Source: Phoronis australis (Eukaryota > Animalia > Phoronida). Taken from it: a stretch of DNA of 62,830 bases. The stretch is taken from assembly GCA_002633005.1 (NCBI GenBank), contig NMRA01000628.1:1-62830 (forward strand), written 5' to 3'. The notes under the pieces were generated by a model. The model ran no database searches and was not told the DNA's origin. It worked only from the letters and a program-made list of their open reading frames with translations. The stretch's first letter is position 1, and every line of letters begins with the position of its first letter. Of the stretch, positions 24,101 through 34,131 are shown piece by piece. The position numbers were made by a program, and so were the translations under genes.

Positions 24101-27100
24101 TGCAAATGCATAAAATATCTTGGTTGCTTGTTGTCGGCATATCTGCTCTATCTTTGCTTGTCTGTTGATTTGATGAAATACGGCACTTAGTTATATCGCT
24201 TGGAGGCATCGTTGGCACCACTAGTTGTTTTGAGATGAATTCAGCTACCGTGGCACTGCCTTCAGTGATAAACTTGGGTACTTGTCCAGTCACGAAATAA
24301 TGCAACTAAAAAGTGTTATTGGGAAAAAGTTGGTTATCTGGTCACTTACATAGTGAGCGGATTTTCTAAGCAGAATGTCGGGCACACTACCACTCTGCTG
24401 TGTGGAGTTCAGACATTAAGGACATCTCTTAACCATCATTTTGAAATGATTTATCTTCAAAGAGTCGTGCATTCCTCTGTGTCTGAGCTGGGGACATTGA
24501 ATCCTGATAGGGGGGGCGCCAGTATAATTTTATTCATCGCATTCACGTTGTTGGAAAAAGCACCTGCACGTAAGGCACCCGCGGACTGTCATTTCACGCC
24601 ATAACAAGTTTATTTTTATTACTTTTTTCTCATTTGAGCACCCATGTTTACTTAGTTGCAAAGTTCGGGCATGAAGTTTTATTTTTTCCACACACAGCAC
24701 ATGGAGACCGATTTGCTACATAATAGACCAATACCACCATTATGATTGGATTGGCTTACAATTATGCCTTGACCCAGTAACTATGCAACAGCGGACATCC
24801 ATCACTCTGCTAATATTTCCTGTGCTGTAAAGCTTTCTTTGTGATGCGTGTTAACAAAAGTAGTAAAAATGTGGGTGCTTCAATAAACTTGTTTATTCTT
24901 GCTATGCACCACAATGTCAGTGTTAGTTAGTTGCACCGCCTGTGGTATGGCCTAACCCAGAGGCGGATGATACTTCACCATGATTTAAAGCATCTCATTC
25001 ATTACTACAGTAAATAACATCAAATGAAACATGCACACAATTAGTAGTTATTAACACATTATTACCAAGATTGAAGATTTCCTAGCCATGACTCTCAAAC
25101 TAATATACAGTGCTCTTGACCTCTTCTGCAGAGACCTTGATACCTTGGGTCCTTTAATTTGTGATGCCAAAGAAATTATCAGTTTGTTATCTGTGGCATT
25201 GTGTGATGCAATGGGTCATGGTAGTACATTGTCTGCAGCATTGTGTATGAAGTCAGATCTCCGACCCGACTTTTTCTTCACCAATTGCTGCTAAAGCAAG
25301 AATGTCCATGTGAAGTTTAATGCTGGCTATCCTGATAGTTGTGTAATTTGTCTTCAACTTCTAATAAAAAAGATCCCCTACTTTTATGCAATTTGTTCTT
25401 CCCTCTTAATCTTGAATGGTAAGAACTGTCGTCTGTGAATTTAGTTCCTACAGTATGTTAAGAGCATCGCTCTGAGCACACCAGTCTCATTAATTGCCAA
25501 ATGTAACGAACTGTTAGGCGTATAGGCTTGCTTTTGTCTACGTTACTGCAAGAATCACCTAACACCCGCACACAATGGTGTTCTATTCAGACCCCTATTC
25601 AAAACAACTATTAGAGACCTTTTGTTGTTTGTGCTGGGATCTCGCAATGACACAACATGAAACGAAAACGCAGCTTCACTTGTCATTTGACGGTATTACA
25701 TTTACGTGATTGAACTTGCGTTTTCTTATTTTACTGAGGCCTATCTCGTCAGCCCAATACACCTAAAATAACAAAATTCCGTTGAAGTTGGGCTTTAAAA
25801 CAATTTTCCGTTGTTTCACTAAGCAGATTCTTTGGTCCAAAATTCATGGTCTGTTTAAAGCATGCATTTTGCCCCTGTTAAGCTGTTGATGTTTAATTAT
25901 AAAACAAAGTGCTTTGGGATTTTAAAACATTTAATCCGCTTGAGAACTGAATTGTTGTCCATGATCCGCCAACACAATGCAGAGGAATTTCTTGCGTGTC
26001 ATTTACGGTAGGCCAACTCCCCTAAACTCTAAAGCATTTTTTTCAGTAGCTTAATGGTTTTGATGTTTTCGTTGGGAATGCAAAATCTTCGAAACGATTT
26101 TAAGAATTGGAGTAAGAGGTCCAATTTGGTCTTTTGATTTTTGTTTCTTAGTCAGCTGAACAGGGCAAAGTGCAACAGTTGCTCAAATGGTAAATCTTCT
26201 TTATGTTTTAATGGTCAGGACTTTTTTCTTAGGAGTTCTCAAACTTGTCCCTCTCATGAGAGATATTGGTTTAACAATATTCATCTCGTGTGCTTTTACA
26301 GATATTGCAGCTGCGCGACCGACAGCTGAACTCCGCCATGACAGCTTAGAGCCAGCCGAGTCTCGTCTGTCACCATCTCCACCTGGTGTCTCTCAGGTGC
26401 CGTCATGTTATGACGATGATGCCTGGAAGGAGGGAGAGCTAGATTTCCTGAAGCCAGCTACCGTGATACCAAAGTAAAACGACAATTTTGTTCTCTCAGT
26501 TTCACCAATCTAACGGTTAGAAGCTCAAAATCATTTTATGTACCCACAAAATGCATGCTCGCATGTAGCGGGTCACATACACTCAGCATGTTGTTCATAC
26601 ATCCTACATCTGTCCTGTCGTCGTCGCTACCTTTGATTGTCTGTTAGTTATCTCAAAAGTTAGCATTCAGTGAGTGGGACTATCAGTGGGCTATCAATGA
26701 TAGTGACACCCCTAGGCTGAGCTCCAGTTCTGGCCCTTTGTTGCAAGCGCAAAATTCTTTTACTAGACTGCAGTTATGTTTACACACAAAGTCCTACCTG
26801 TGTATTCTGAATTAAATTCAGTGTAAACCGGTGTAACTTATTTCAACTCTTACGGCAACAGCTGTCTACTGCAATACAGGATATAAAATCGGATTGTGCA
26901 GAATCCTAGAAAATTGTCAAAATTTGGCCAACTCCAGAACGCAATCTTTCAAAATTGCAGATCGGATTCGTGTGACATTTTGAGATACTTAGCAATACTT
27001 TATGCGCTATTCTTCAAAACACTGGTCTGATTGTTTTTAAAGTATTCCACTTTTCCACGAATGGTAAAATAAGACTTTTATGATTAACATGAAAAAGTAA

Positions 27101-29824
27101 AAATTTGTTGAAAAAGAAAACGAAATGATAATTTAAAAAGCATATTTTACTGTTTCTGAATGTTTCAGCCGGACGTACCTACTAAGTAGTTAAAACTTAA
27201 CGTTGTGGGGATCACGTCTGTCCCCTACTACAGAAGATACTGTAATGGTGTTCTTAGGTCTATCTGCCTTTCCTGTGAAACTGCTTGAGCCAGTGCAGCT
27301 TCACAGGAAAGGCAGGAAAATCTGAGACAGCCAGTAGACATTCTTCTGTACAAGGGGACACTTGTGGTCACGGCAAAGTAAAGTTTTAGCTAGGTACGTC
27401 CACCTGAAATAATCATAATTAGCCATATAGTTACTTGGACCTGGATGAATCGTAATCTTCTAGTTATTTAAGAAACAGTGTAGGGAACTGTACAGTAATA
27501 TACAGATGGAAAATGTCTTTGAGAGATAACCAGGGGACTGTATAAGGTTGTTTTCCTCGTTAAGCGCTCCCTGTGAACTCATCCCCATATGGTTGCTTTG
27601 TTCAAAAGCCAACGCTGTCAAGGTTGTGTCTTCCTTCAATTTGTGAACTCATTTGATCTTTCTTATTGATTTAGTGTCCGGCGAAATTCTGTGCCCTCTC
27701 GATCTGGCCGACCAGTTGAAGATGCTTGTTTCAACTGTCGAGAGCATGGACACTATAGAGCCCATTGTCCCTACGAGGCGGGTGGACGTCGACTGAAGGG
27801 GCGCAATGGAAGATTGAAGGTGCAATGCTTACTAGATGTTCTTACTAGTTTTATGATAAAAGAAATATGAACTGCTTACTTTTTTTTGAAACAATGCTTA
27901 ACTGTATTACAGCCTATTAACAGCTAGAGCATTTAACTAAAGTTTTAGGTTATCACAAACGTTACTGTACCACTGTTGATGAGCAAAGTGCATGTCACCT
28001 CTCTTCAACAAACTCGGCTATTACACCCTAACAGCGACGTGATCATTTAGGGCCCTGTTAAAGGCAAGGGATCAGGAGTCATGAAAACGTAAAAATGGTA
28101 GCTATTTTGTGTTATGCTTCTGACAGCTATTGATGGAAAATCAATCTTTCCTGAGCAAAACTGTGAGATCTCTGAGATACAATAGTTACTGAAATATTTT
28201 CTACAAGAATCCTAATCTCGGATTTATGATGTGGGCAAAACCTCTTGGAAGTTCGTCAAAATCATGAGGCTTGCACATGAATCATAAAAACAATCTTTTT
28301 GATGAAAAACTCGTAGCGTCTAAAACTTTCAGCCACGTGACGCAACTATTGTAAAAACACCTTTGGAAAGTAAACCTACATGTAGTTATTTTTTAATAGC
28401 TTTATTTTAAACTTAATATTCCTGGGCACTGAATTGACCATACGGCAGCACAGCTAGTCAGTCAGTCAAATTTCTGTCTTAAGTCTATTTTATGAAGCAG
28501 ACACCAAGTTGCGTTATCATGTTGTTTGGAAATTTTGAAAGGAAAAACAAAATTGCACATTACTGGTGCCTCTGCTGTAACATCCTTGGTCGCGTTCTGT
28601 CGCTGTCTCGTGGGTCTGGAGGGTTTCCAAGTAGCGATTTATTGAATAGGGCAATGTTATTGGTGAGAAACATTTTTCTTGAATCAGCTCAAGTGTGGAT
28701 TCGAACCTGGCACCTCTATGTAGTGTGCGGGTCCCTAGAGAAACTTCGGAACATGATATCTCATAGATGACTTGTCAGATTTGAATAAATCTCTCAGATT
28801 CTACGTGTGTGTATACTCTTGATGCAGTGTTCTCTATATTAGAAATTGTTCCTCTTTTGCGTGAGGGGCTATCATAAAAACAAAACTATACTTTAGGAAA
28901 CTGTATTCATTGACATTTTGGACATTTTGTTTTGAAAAGTTATGTGAAGTTAAATTTATCAATGAATTAAATTTTTTTGCTATGGTTGTGCTTTTGTTGT
29001 TGACTAAATTTTACTAAAAAAGCTTGTTCACAGGACCCAATTTATAAAATTTAAGTGTCTGTCTTTCTACTTTCAGAAAATGAATAATTTAACCGAGTTA
29101 AAATCTATTATTTTGTAGATATTTGGGTAGATATGCAGATACTTAGTACGTGTAAGTTTAAAGTACTTAAAACCACCATGTACCTTGCTTTGACAAAAGA
29201 CCACATTGTCGCCATCATTAAAGTTTCATTTTTAGCACTGTATGTCACAATTGTGCATTTATTATCCCAAAAATAAGATAATCGAAAATAAAGCGACTTC
29301 AATTTAGTTTCTTAGCTCTACAAACATGAGTGTGACGTTTGAACTTACCCAGTGCCATTCTGTGGTGTCCACCAAGACCTGTGTGCTACAAACAATCATG
29401 TGCCATATCCCGCTTCTGCAGTGTCTGGCAGGAAAGTGGAAAGAGCCACAGCGTAATCAAATATTAATTGTCACAACCACCACAAACACAACGCTTGCCA
29501 TTCCTTATCATACCATGAACAACCGGAAAGCAAGCAGCAATGTCTGACAAATTTTCTCACTAAACACAACGGAGGGTGACTAGTGTTGTGATTGGTTGTT
29601 CCAGTTTTACGTAGTGTGCTTCGACCAATAGATGCTCATAACTCAAAATCAGCTAATTAACATATCGTCAGATAGTGTCTTGGGATGTTCTAATTTGACA
29701 TTTGATGGACTGGGTGGTGGGTTCTTTGGGGTTTTTGGTATGCGATGAGTTTCAAGTCATTTTAGTCAATGTGTGCCTTGTCCTGTGACCTTTTTGTTGT
29801 TTTGTCTCGTAGGTCCGCCGCTAA
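114..29824 (+). CDS. Multi-exon Tudor-domain protein (coiled coil + 2 extended Tudor + C-terminal CCHC zinc knuckle), TDRD/piRNA-pathway-like, ~1429 aa
   Basis: Phase-consistent GT-AG exon chain: 114-139?, 615-669?, 2086-2129?, 2344-2389?, 3070-3116, 4530-4701, 5276-5353, 7133-7256, 8311-8488, 8800-8944, 9216-9323, 10503-10613, 11007-11100, 13060-13196, 14743-15565, 16656-16779, 17865-17979, 18659-18757, 21247-21336, 22039-22123, 22774-24033, 26302-26473, 27675-27819, 29813-29824? (sum 4290 nt, no internal stop). Tudor motifs PSVGDLVFAKY..QKWYRGRV / VRFIDFGN and YLAPYEGAWHRVKV / VRYMDYGN; knuckle CFNCREHGHYRAHC. Exons marked ? are tentative; the ATG at 3076 is an alternative start. Confidence 0.85.
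3683..4264. repeat. Near-perfect 291-bp tandem duplication in a Tudor gene intron
   Basis: 3683-3973 is repeated at 3974-4264; the twin track ORFs 3709..3969 and 4000..4260 are offset by 291. Confidence 0.95.
4150..4470. repeat. ~36-bp minisatellite
   Basis: Units like tactgagaatggtatgagaggggccttagagcacaa, about 8 degenerate copies; also present at the end of the first 291-bp copy. Confidence 0.9.
4530..5353 (+). CDS. Tudor gene exons 4530-4701 and 5276-5353: coiled-coil region resembling a B-box C-terminal coiled coil
   Basis: RQKTYERCIREKITDLQQSLKAKAVAIIGRLREQTELKKAQLARCNEIYSSNQSTCEA|NIQEMKSLLEQDGEKFLEGVKKIKEK: heptad-like and charged; canonical acceptors (ttttccag, tttcag) and GT donors. 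Confidence 0.8.
8017..8078. repeat. 29-bp tandem duplication
   Basis: tgacgggcgttgtaccgtgggcaa(c/t)ggtg x2. Confidence 0.85.
8311..11100 (+). CDS. Extended Tudor domain 1 (five exons: 8311-8488, 8800-8944, 9216-9323, 10503-10613, 11007-11100)
   Basis: GRFWFQPE...PSVGDLVFAKYCVDQKWYRGRVEAL...AAVRFIDFGNLEYVSFAQMLP...IPHQAVQVSL...SVDVW...TINEII matches the extended Tudor (TDRD/SND1-type) pattern. Confidence 0.9.
12389..12458. repeat. Perfect 28-bp inverted repeat with a 14-nt AT loop (70-nt hairpin)
   Basis: gtagtctaatggtctttagcagtgagta (12389-12416) / tactcactgctaaagaccattagactac (12431-12458). Confidence 0.95.
13720..14150. mobile_element. Degenerate interspersed repeat, Helentron/DINE-1(HINE)-like, related to 18800-21050
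   Basis: 13810-13862 resembles 20252-20305, and 13990-14137 resembles 20875-21016 (gtatctttggagttctt...ccttcccatttttggatgggttcaa). Confidence 0.6.
14743..15565 (+). CDS. Large internal exon of the Tudor gene: Ser/Pro/Asp-rich linker with a basic KKRKKKQK NLS-like patch
   Basis: 823-nt open exon bounded by tttttgccag and cctag|gtaagc; matches track ORF 14800..15588; phases fit the flanking exons. Confidence 0.85.
14843..14912 (+). repeat. Coding 18-bp tandem repeat (DCTPLP/DCTPLL/DCIPLL/DCTSL)
   Basis: gactgtacacctctaccc-like unit x4 inside exon 14743-15565. Confidence 0.9.
16154..16596. mobile_element. MITE with ~40-bp imperfect TIRs; related copies near 40666-40925 and 58820-59020
   Basis: ccggttgcatgcaaaagtccctaatagggactcaactaag ... 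cttagttgagtccgtatttgggactgtttcatgccaccgg; internal catgcaac.cccta..t.aaggact.agtccc is shared with ~40741 and ~58825. Confidence 0.75.
16656..22123 (+). CDS. Extended Tudor domain 2 (five exons: 16656-16779, 17865-17979, 18659-18757, 21247-21336, 22039-22123)
   Basis: GGFWAVF...TYLAPYEGAWHRVKVES...ATVRYMDYGNSLVLPRHQVKTLPKDLYTNVPFQAIKCCL; all introns GT-AG and in phase. Confidence 0.88.
18800..21050. mobile_element. Helentron/DINE-1-like element with an array of degenerate ~140-bp core repeats, interrupted by a second repeat (20405-20830)
   Basis: Recurring (a)tctc..aaacc / gat.tt.atgaaa.ttggca / gatgacga..tttc.ga / ctgtgccccctagtg.caatttt motifs. The family assignment is inferred from the architecture known for mollusc HINE/pearl-type repeats. 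Confidence 0.55.
20405..20830 (+). mobile_element. Interspersed repeat (SINE-like or non-autonomous element), copy 1 of 3
   Basis: tatgttcaaatatgtt...acagcccagtcaggcta...gccagaatgga.ttaatcag...gaatcgaacaa...gggaaaacgccgta is also at 41690-41928 (+) and 48205-48690 (-). Confidence 0.8.
22774..24033 (+). CDS. 1260-nt internal exon of the Tudor gene: Ser/Glu/Pro-rich, predicted disordered
   Basis: Longest ORF in the window (22746..24113), trimmed by acceptor ttgtag (22773) and donor gtaagt (24034); phase 1-1. Confidence 0.85.
27163..27408. mobile_element. Foldback (whole-length palindromic) MITE
   Basis: ttcagccggacgtaccta...ctgcctttcctgtgaaactgc | gcagcttcacaggaaaggcag...taggtacgtccacctgaa: the arms pair from ends to centre. 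Confidence 0.85.
27675..27819 (+). CDS. Tudor gene exon encoding a CCHC zinc knuckle (27727-27768) with Arg/Gly-rich flanks
   Basis: C-X2-C-X4-H-X4-C: CFNCREHGHYRAHC; in frame with exon 26302-26473 (phase 2); the donor position is uncertain. Confidence 0.85.
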
Positions 29825-31653
29825 AGTGGAAGATCTGAACTGAAGACATGGCCGCTGGAACTTTGATTATCAGATAGTGCAAGTGAACATCCGATCTTCT
29901 GACTGACTTCCAGTCGCGTTTTCCAACAGACCTTGGCTCACGTCTGCAAGTTGTCGTGCTCACAACTGTATTGTATATGATTTAACTAGAAGTATTAAGT
30001 CCCTTTGCCAAGTGGAGCGTTCCTCTCCACTGAGGGTTAGTGTAATTTTCATTGTTCTTGGAAGAAAATTTCCTGTGCTGGTGCGCTGCACTTCATTATT
30101 GGATAAATTAGATTACATCAGGTGTTACTCAACTAGATGGTCAAGTGTCATTTAGCCATGCGAGAAACGTAGTGTCCAGTTTGTGTTACTTTAAGTAGGT
30201 TGCCTTAAAAGGCTACAACTTTAGGACATTTCCGGTTAATAGGATGAGGTTGGAAAGTAGAGTAGACCTATGATTGAAAACTCTGTATGATTGAAACTAT
30301 ATGTTGGAGCGTTGTTAAAAATACATGAAGGTCTTGTTCAAGTAATTGTTAGTTACCTCGAAGAGTTGATTTAGTTTTTTGTCTGATTAACTTAAACTGA
30401 TCTCTGTTGGTCTGCATTAGTGGGTTTCTTACCTAAACAAACTGTCCACTTGGTTGCCATGGTGAAAGTGTTTAGTAGGCAGACTACTGCCGTTTGTGGT
30501 CAGGTAGCAACAACCCCACAAGTCCATAGGCAGACATTTCCTGACGAAAGCTGTCTGTGCGAACTTCAACTGCAATCTTCTCAAAAAAAAGACAGTCTGC
30601 TTTCACCCTGGGTCCAGATATGACATAGGAGACTGCACCGATTGTGTAGCCTGTTTTCTATGCTAACAACAACTGAAAGGGACATTAAATGCACCGTGCT
30701 TAAGGTTCTTATTGTTGTTGTCACAAAGGTTATCGGTGGCATTCATTATGTTCATCTTTTGCCTCAAATTGTCTTCTGGTCTGCTAATATCATCAAGCCT
30801 CGTGAAGGCGCAACAAATGTTATTCCAGTAAAATCTGCATGCTGAAGTTCTGAGCAATAACAAGTCTTCCACAGTGATATGGAAATGCATATCACAGACT
30901 CCAAAATGTACCACCAAGTTCTGATGATGGGCTTTCGTTTTCTTGCTAAAGTAGCAAGCTCAGCACTGTGGCGCTGCAACAGTGGTGTGGCCAATTTCAA
31001 ATCATTATTACTCAGCTAGAATGAAGACGTTGCTGGTCTAGACCATAGACAGACAGTTTTTGTTCATTTTTATTGCTGGCTGATTGCCCCTGTGGTATAT
31101 AATCGTAGTGTTGCATTCTTTAAAGTATATCTGATATGGCGTTAGAGAAGCTAGGGCAATGGGCAAAACTGATTGACTTCACCGGTTAACTGGCTAAGGC
31201 ATATGTTGTCTGTCACAACTCCCACCTGTGGCCTTATGGAAGGCTGATGAAGGATACTGAGAAATCCGTGCGTGGGCACGAGTGCCTGTTTGCTGTATGC
31301 ATATGATACGGTTGATACGGAATGTGCTGAAATAGTAAATGGAATCCCTATGTTGTTTTGACGCCATGTAACCTTGTGTTGGTTGAAAGGCAGGAACTTG
31401 GGTGGAATTAATCCATTTAGTCTACTTGTAGTTGCAGCAACATCAGCAAGACTCAAAGGTATTTGTTGATAGAAGACAGTATGCTCATTCATTTCTGAAA
31501 ATGAACCAATCAGAATGTTAGATTGTTACTTCGTTCTTTTAATGAACAAGGATCATGTCACATGACCTTTTTAGTGTGCTGCGCCTGGTGGTAGCTCCTG
31601 GGACGCCTGAAAGGCATTGGTGACGACTATTTCCATGATCCCATCAGATGCCT

Positions 31654-31792
31654 CGTGGGCTGCGCACCATAGGGGCGTGGGGCTATAGTCCCACTTTTTT
31701 TCAGTGCTGCGCCACACATTGTCTATGGGCGGTACACCACAGGGGGGCTATAGCCCCCCACCCCACTTTTATCAGTACTGCGTGGCTCCTGT
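31654..31792. mobile_element. Degenerate GC-rich MITE of the same family as 37671-37817 (opposite orientation), in the putative Tudor 3' UTR
   Basis: gcgcaccatagggg..ggggctatag..cccacttttttcagtgctgcg matches the reverse complement of the 37671 element. Confidence 0.75.
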
Positions 31793-32431
31793 GCCTTATC
31801 CGTTAACAGAACAGTCGGTGAATCAAGAGCACTCACTGTTTACATTTAGAGATTGATCTGCTGTAACAGTTACAAAACGAGAGTCTGATTCTTGGATGAT
31901 GAAAACGTGTTAATGGAGTTTTCTTTCCATTGTCAGGTTGTGATGATAAACGGAAGCTATGTACATGTATTTGAGGGGCTTAAGTAAAGATTGCACATGT
32001 TAAATGTACTGTTTCAAGAGCGTTTCATAACCCTCTGTAGGGTTTTTATGGCCTCTCCGTTGGTTCTCTAGTGAATGTAGGGTATGTGTTAGTTCGCTTA
32101 ACGCCAAATGCTATTTACTCCTTGGTTGCATGCTGCTCGTTTCAGACCAGCTAAGTTTCCTGTCATGACACCTTTCTCCCAACACTGGCCGCGTTTCTGA
32201 CCTGTTAGCTGACCTACAGTAGGTTCCAGAAAAGCGTCGGACACTTGGGCGTTGGAACGGATAAAAAATCGGACTAACTTCCTCTTATAGGTTGAACTAT
32301 TGTGGTTGCATGTAACACAGACTATCGTAGCAGCGTATTCCAATATGAGTCGCATTCATGTTGTATTGTATTTCTCAAAGGTGTAGTTCTTATTGTAAGG
32401 TTTCTAGTAGTTTCTTATTTTTAATTTGTGA

Positions 32432-32437
32432 AATAAA
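32432..32437 (+). terminator. Candidate polyadenylation signal of the Tudor gene (implies a ~2.6 kb 3' UTR)
   Basis: AATAAA at the end of a T-rich UTR-like tract, just before the transposon-rich region. Confidence 0.35.
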
Positions 32438-32536
32438 CCTATTAGTTATTATACATGTATTTATATGGCAGTGCCTGGTTTACATTCACCTGACGTTTAC
32501 TGGTCTCTACCCTATTGACAAAATTTGTGATGTGCC

Positions 32537-32690
32537 AGTGGCGGATCTACGTTTTCAGCAAGGGGGGTTTTGGATTCCCGCCAAGGTCGAATCCTAGGCG
32601 CGTAGCGCCGAGCGGGGGTAGGTCGGGAGGGGGGTTTCCCCTCCCGTGTAAGATATTTTTTGTTTTTGTAGCCAAATAGTGAAATTTCCA
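32537..32690. mobile_element. Terminal segment of a CAGTGGCGGATC-type DNA transposon, homologous to 38690-38813
   Basis: cagtggcggatctacgttttc...agcgccgagcgg...ggtcggga.ggggtttccc.ctcccgtgtaagat is near-identical to the reverse complement of 38700-38813. Confidence 0.8.
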
Positions 32691-33254
32691 TGCATCCTGG
32701 TAAGTTTCTGTCACTTAACATGTCTCTGGAGTTTTTCTTAAGGTAATTAAAAACCGTTCTCGATTTCGTCACATGAACTTAGCACATAAGTTATCGTGAA
32801 ACCATATTGTGCACATCTGGGCATGAGTCACACCACCAGCAATTTTTTTTGTTGGAACATCTACTTACACACACCTTTTTAGCATACGAAAAAGTGTGGT
32901 GTGTATACAGGGGTTTGGACAACTACCAAATATTCAAGAGCATAAGGAGCACCAACGGGGCGTAAAAACTTGAATATCAGATGATCGCAACAGCCTCAAG
33001 CTGTTTAATAACGAAGACCTGTACTGTTAGTCCGGAAATAAACATGTGTTCTGTCTCGCTACGAGAAAAACTGGCGAACGATGTGCTCTCAACTCATAGT
33101 CTATTATTAAAAGCGACAATAAATAATTAGGTATCACTTTATTAAGCTGAATCACGTTGACAACAATTGAAAAACGTCAAATCTATCAGGAAACAAATCA
33201 TCTGAAAACAGTTTCACGAAACCAAAACATCCTGTGCACAGTTGTGAAAAGATA

Positions 33255-33541
33255 CACTGGACTAGTTTGCAGAGGGATCAGATGTACACTGAGAGTACAC
33301 AAAAAGCTAACCTGGTCCGTCACGAGACCAAGAGTACACTGACCTGTGCTTATTATCCGTATAAAAATAGTCGATCTGTCGCGAGACCAAACAGTACTGG
33401 CTGAGATAAATAATTTTACAAAGCACACTTAGGTAAAAAAAATCACAAGACTAGTTCGCCGAGGGACCAGAAGTACACTGAAACTCAACATCTTCACAAA
33501 TCAAGCTGGCCTGGTCCGTCGCGAGACCTAAAGTGTACTGT
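33255..33541. repeat. About 5 spaced degenerate copies of a ~30-bp motif, next to the hAT fragment
   Basis: ctggtccgtc(a/g)cgagacc..a.gtacactg variants at ~33260, 33312, 33373, 33451, 33511. Confidence 0.65.
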
Positions 33542-33596
33542 GCAAAAAATTTTGAATTGAAAACTTCTCTCTAAAATTTTAATCCCCAGTGGTTAC

Positions 33597-33810
33597 TCAT
33601 ACGTTAGTCCTATCCTTCTGTTGTCTAGACTGCCGAGGAATTTGTATATCGGATCCAATGATTTGCTCGTCTTGGAACCATTCTACCCAGATATTTTCGA
33701 TGTTTGTTCCCAACGCTTGCACTTCGTCAACTGCTGTGTCAATGAGCTTGTAAGCCTCTACAATGTCAGCATCTCGTTTCGCAGCTCAGTTGACACTAAG
33801 ACCCTTGAGG
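33597..33810 (-). pseudogene. hAT-superfamily transposase fragment (P52rIPK/THAP12/ZMYM1-like C-terminal part), truncated by the assembly gap
   Basis: Minus-strand translation LKGLSVN*AAKRDADIVEAYKLIDTAVDEVQALGTNIENIWVEWFQDEQIIGSDIQIPRQSRQQKDRTNV resembles the hAT LS..LQ...DI..A...I...W..W...PR...RQ..R.N segment; in-frame stop. Confidence 0.7.
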
Positions 33811-34131
33811 NNNNNNNNNNNNNNNNNNNNNNNNNNNNNNNNNNNNNNNNNNNNNNNNNNNNNNNNNNNNNNNNNNNNNNNNNNNNNNNNNNNNNNNNNN
33901 NNNNNNNNNNNNNNNNNNNNNNNNNNNNNNNNNNNNNNNNNNNNNNNNNNNNNNNNNNNNNNNNNNNNNNNNNNNNNNNNNNNNNNNNNNNNNNNNNNNN
34001 NNNNNNNNNNNNNNNNNNNNNNNNNNNNNNNNNNNNNNNNNNNNNNNNNNNNNNNNNNNNNNNNNNNNNNNNNNNNNNNNNNNNNNNNNNNNNNNNNNNN
34101 NNNNNNNNNNNNNNNNNNNNNNNNNNNNNNN
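33811..34131. other. Assembly gap (321 N)
   Basis: Run of n. Confidence 1.

Noticed and set aside
33255-33541. CRISPR-like repeat-spacer array
   Set aside because: Eukaryotic context, degenerate repeats, irregular spacing and no cas genes; more likely transposon-internal repeats
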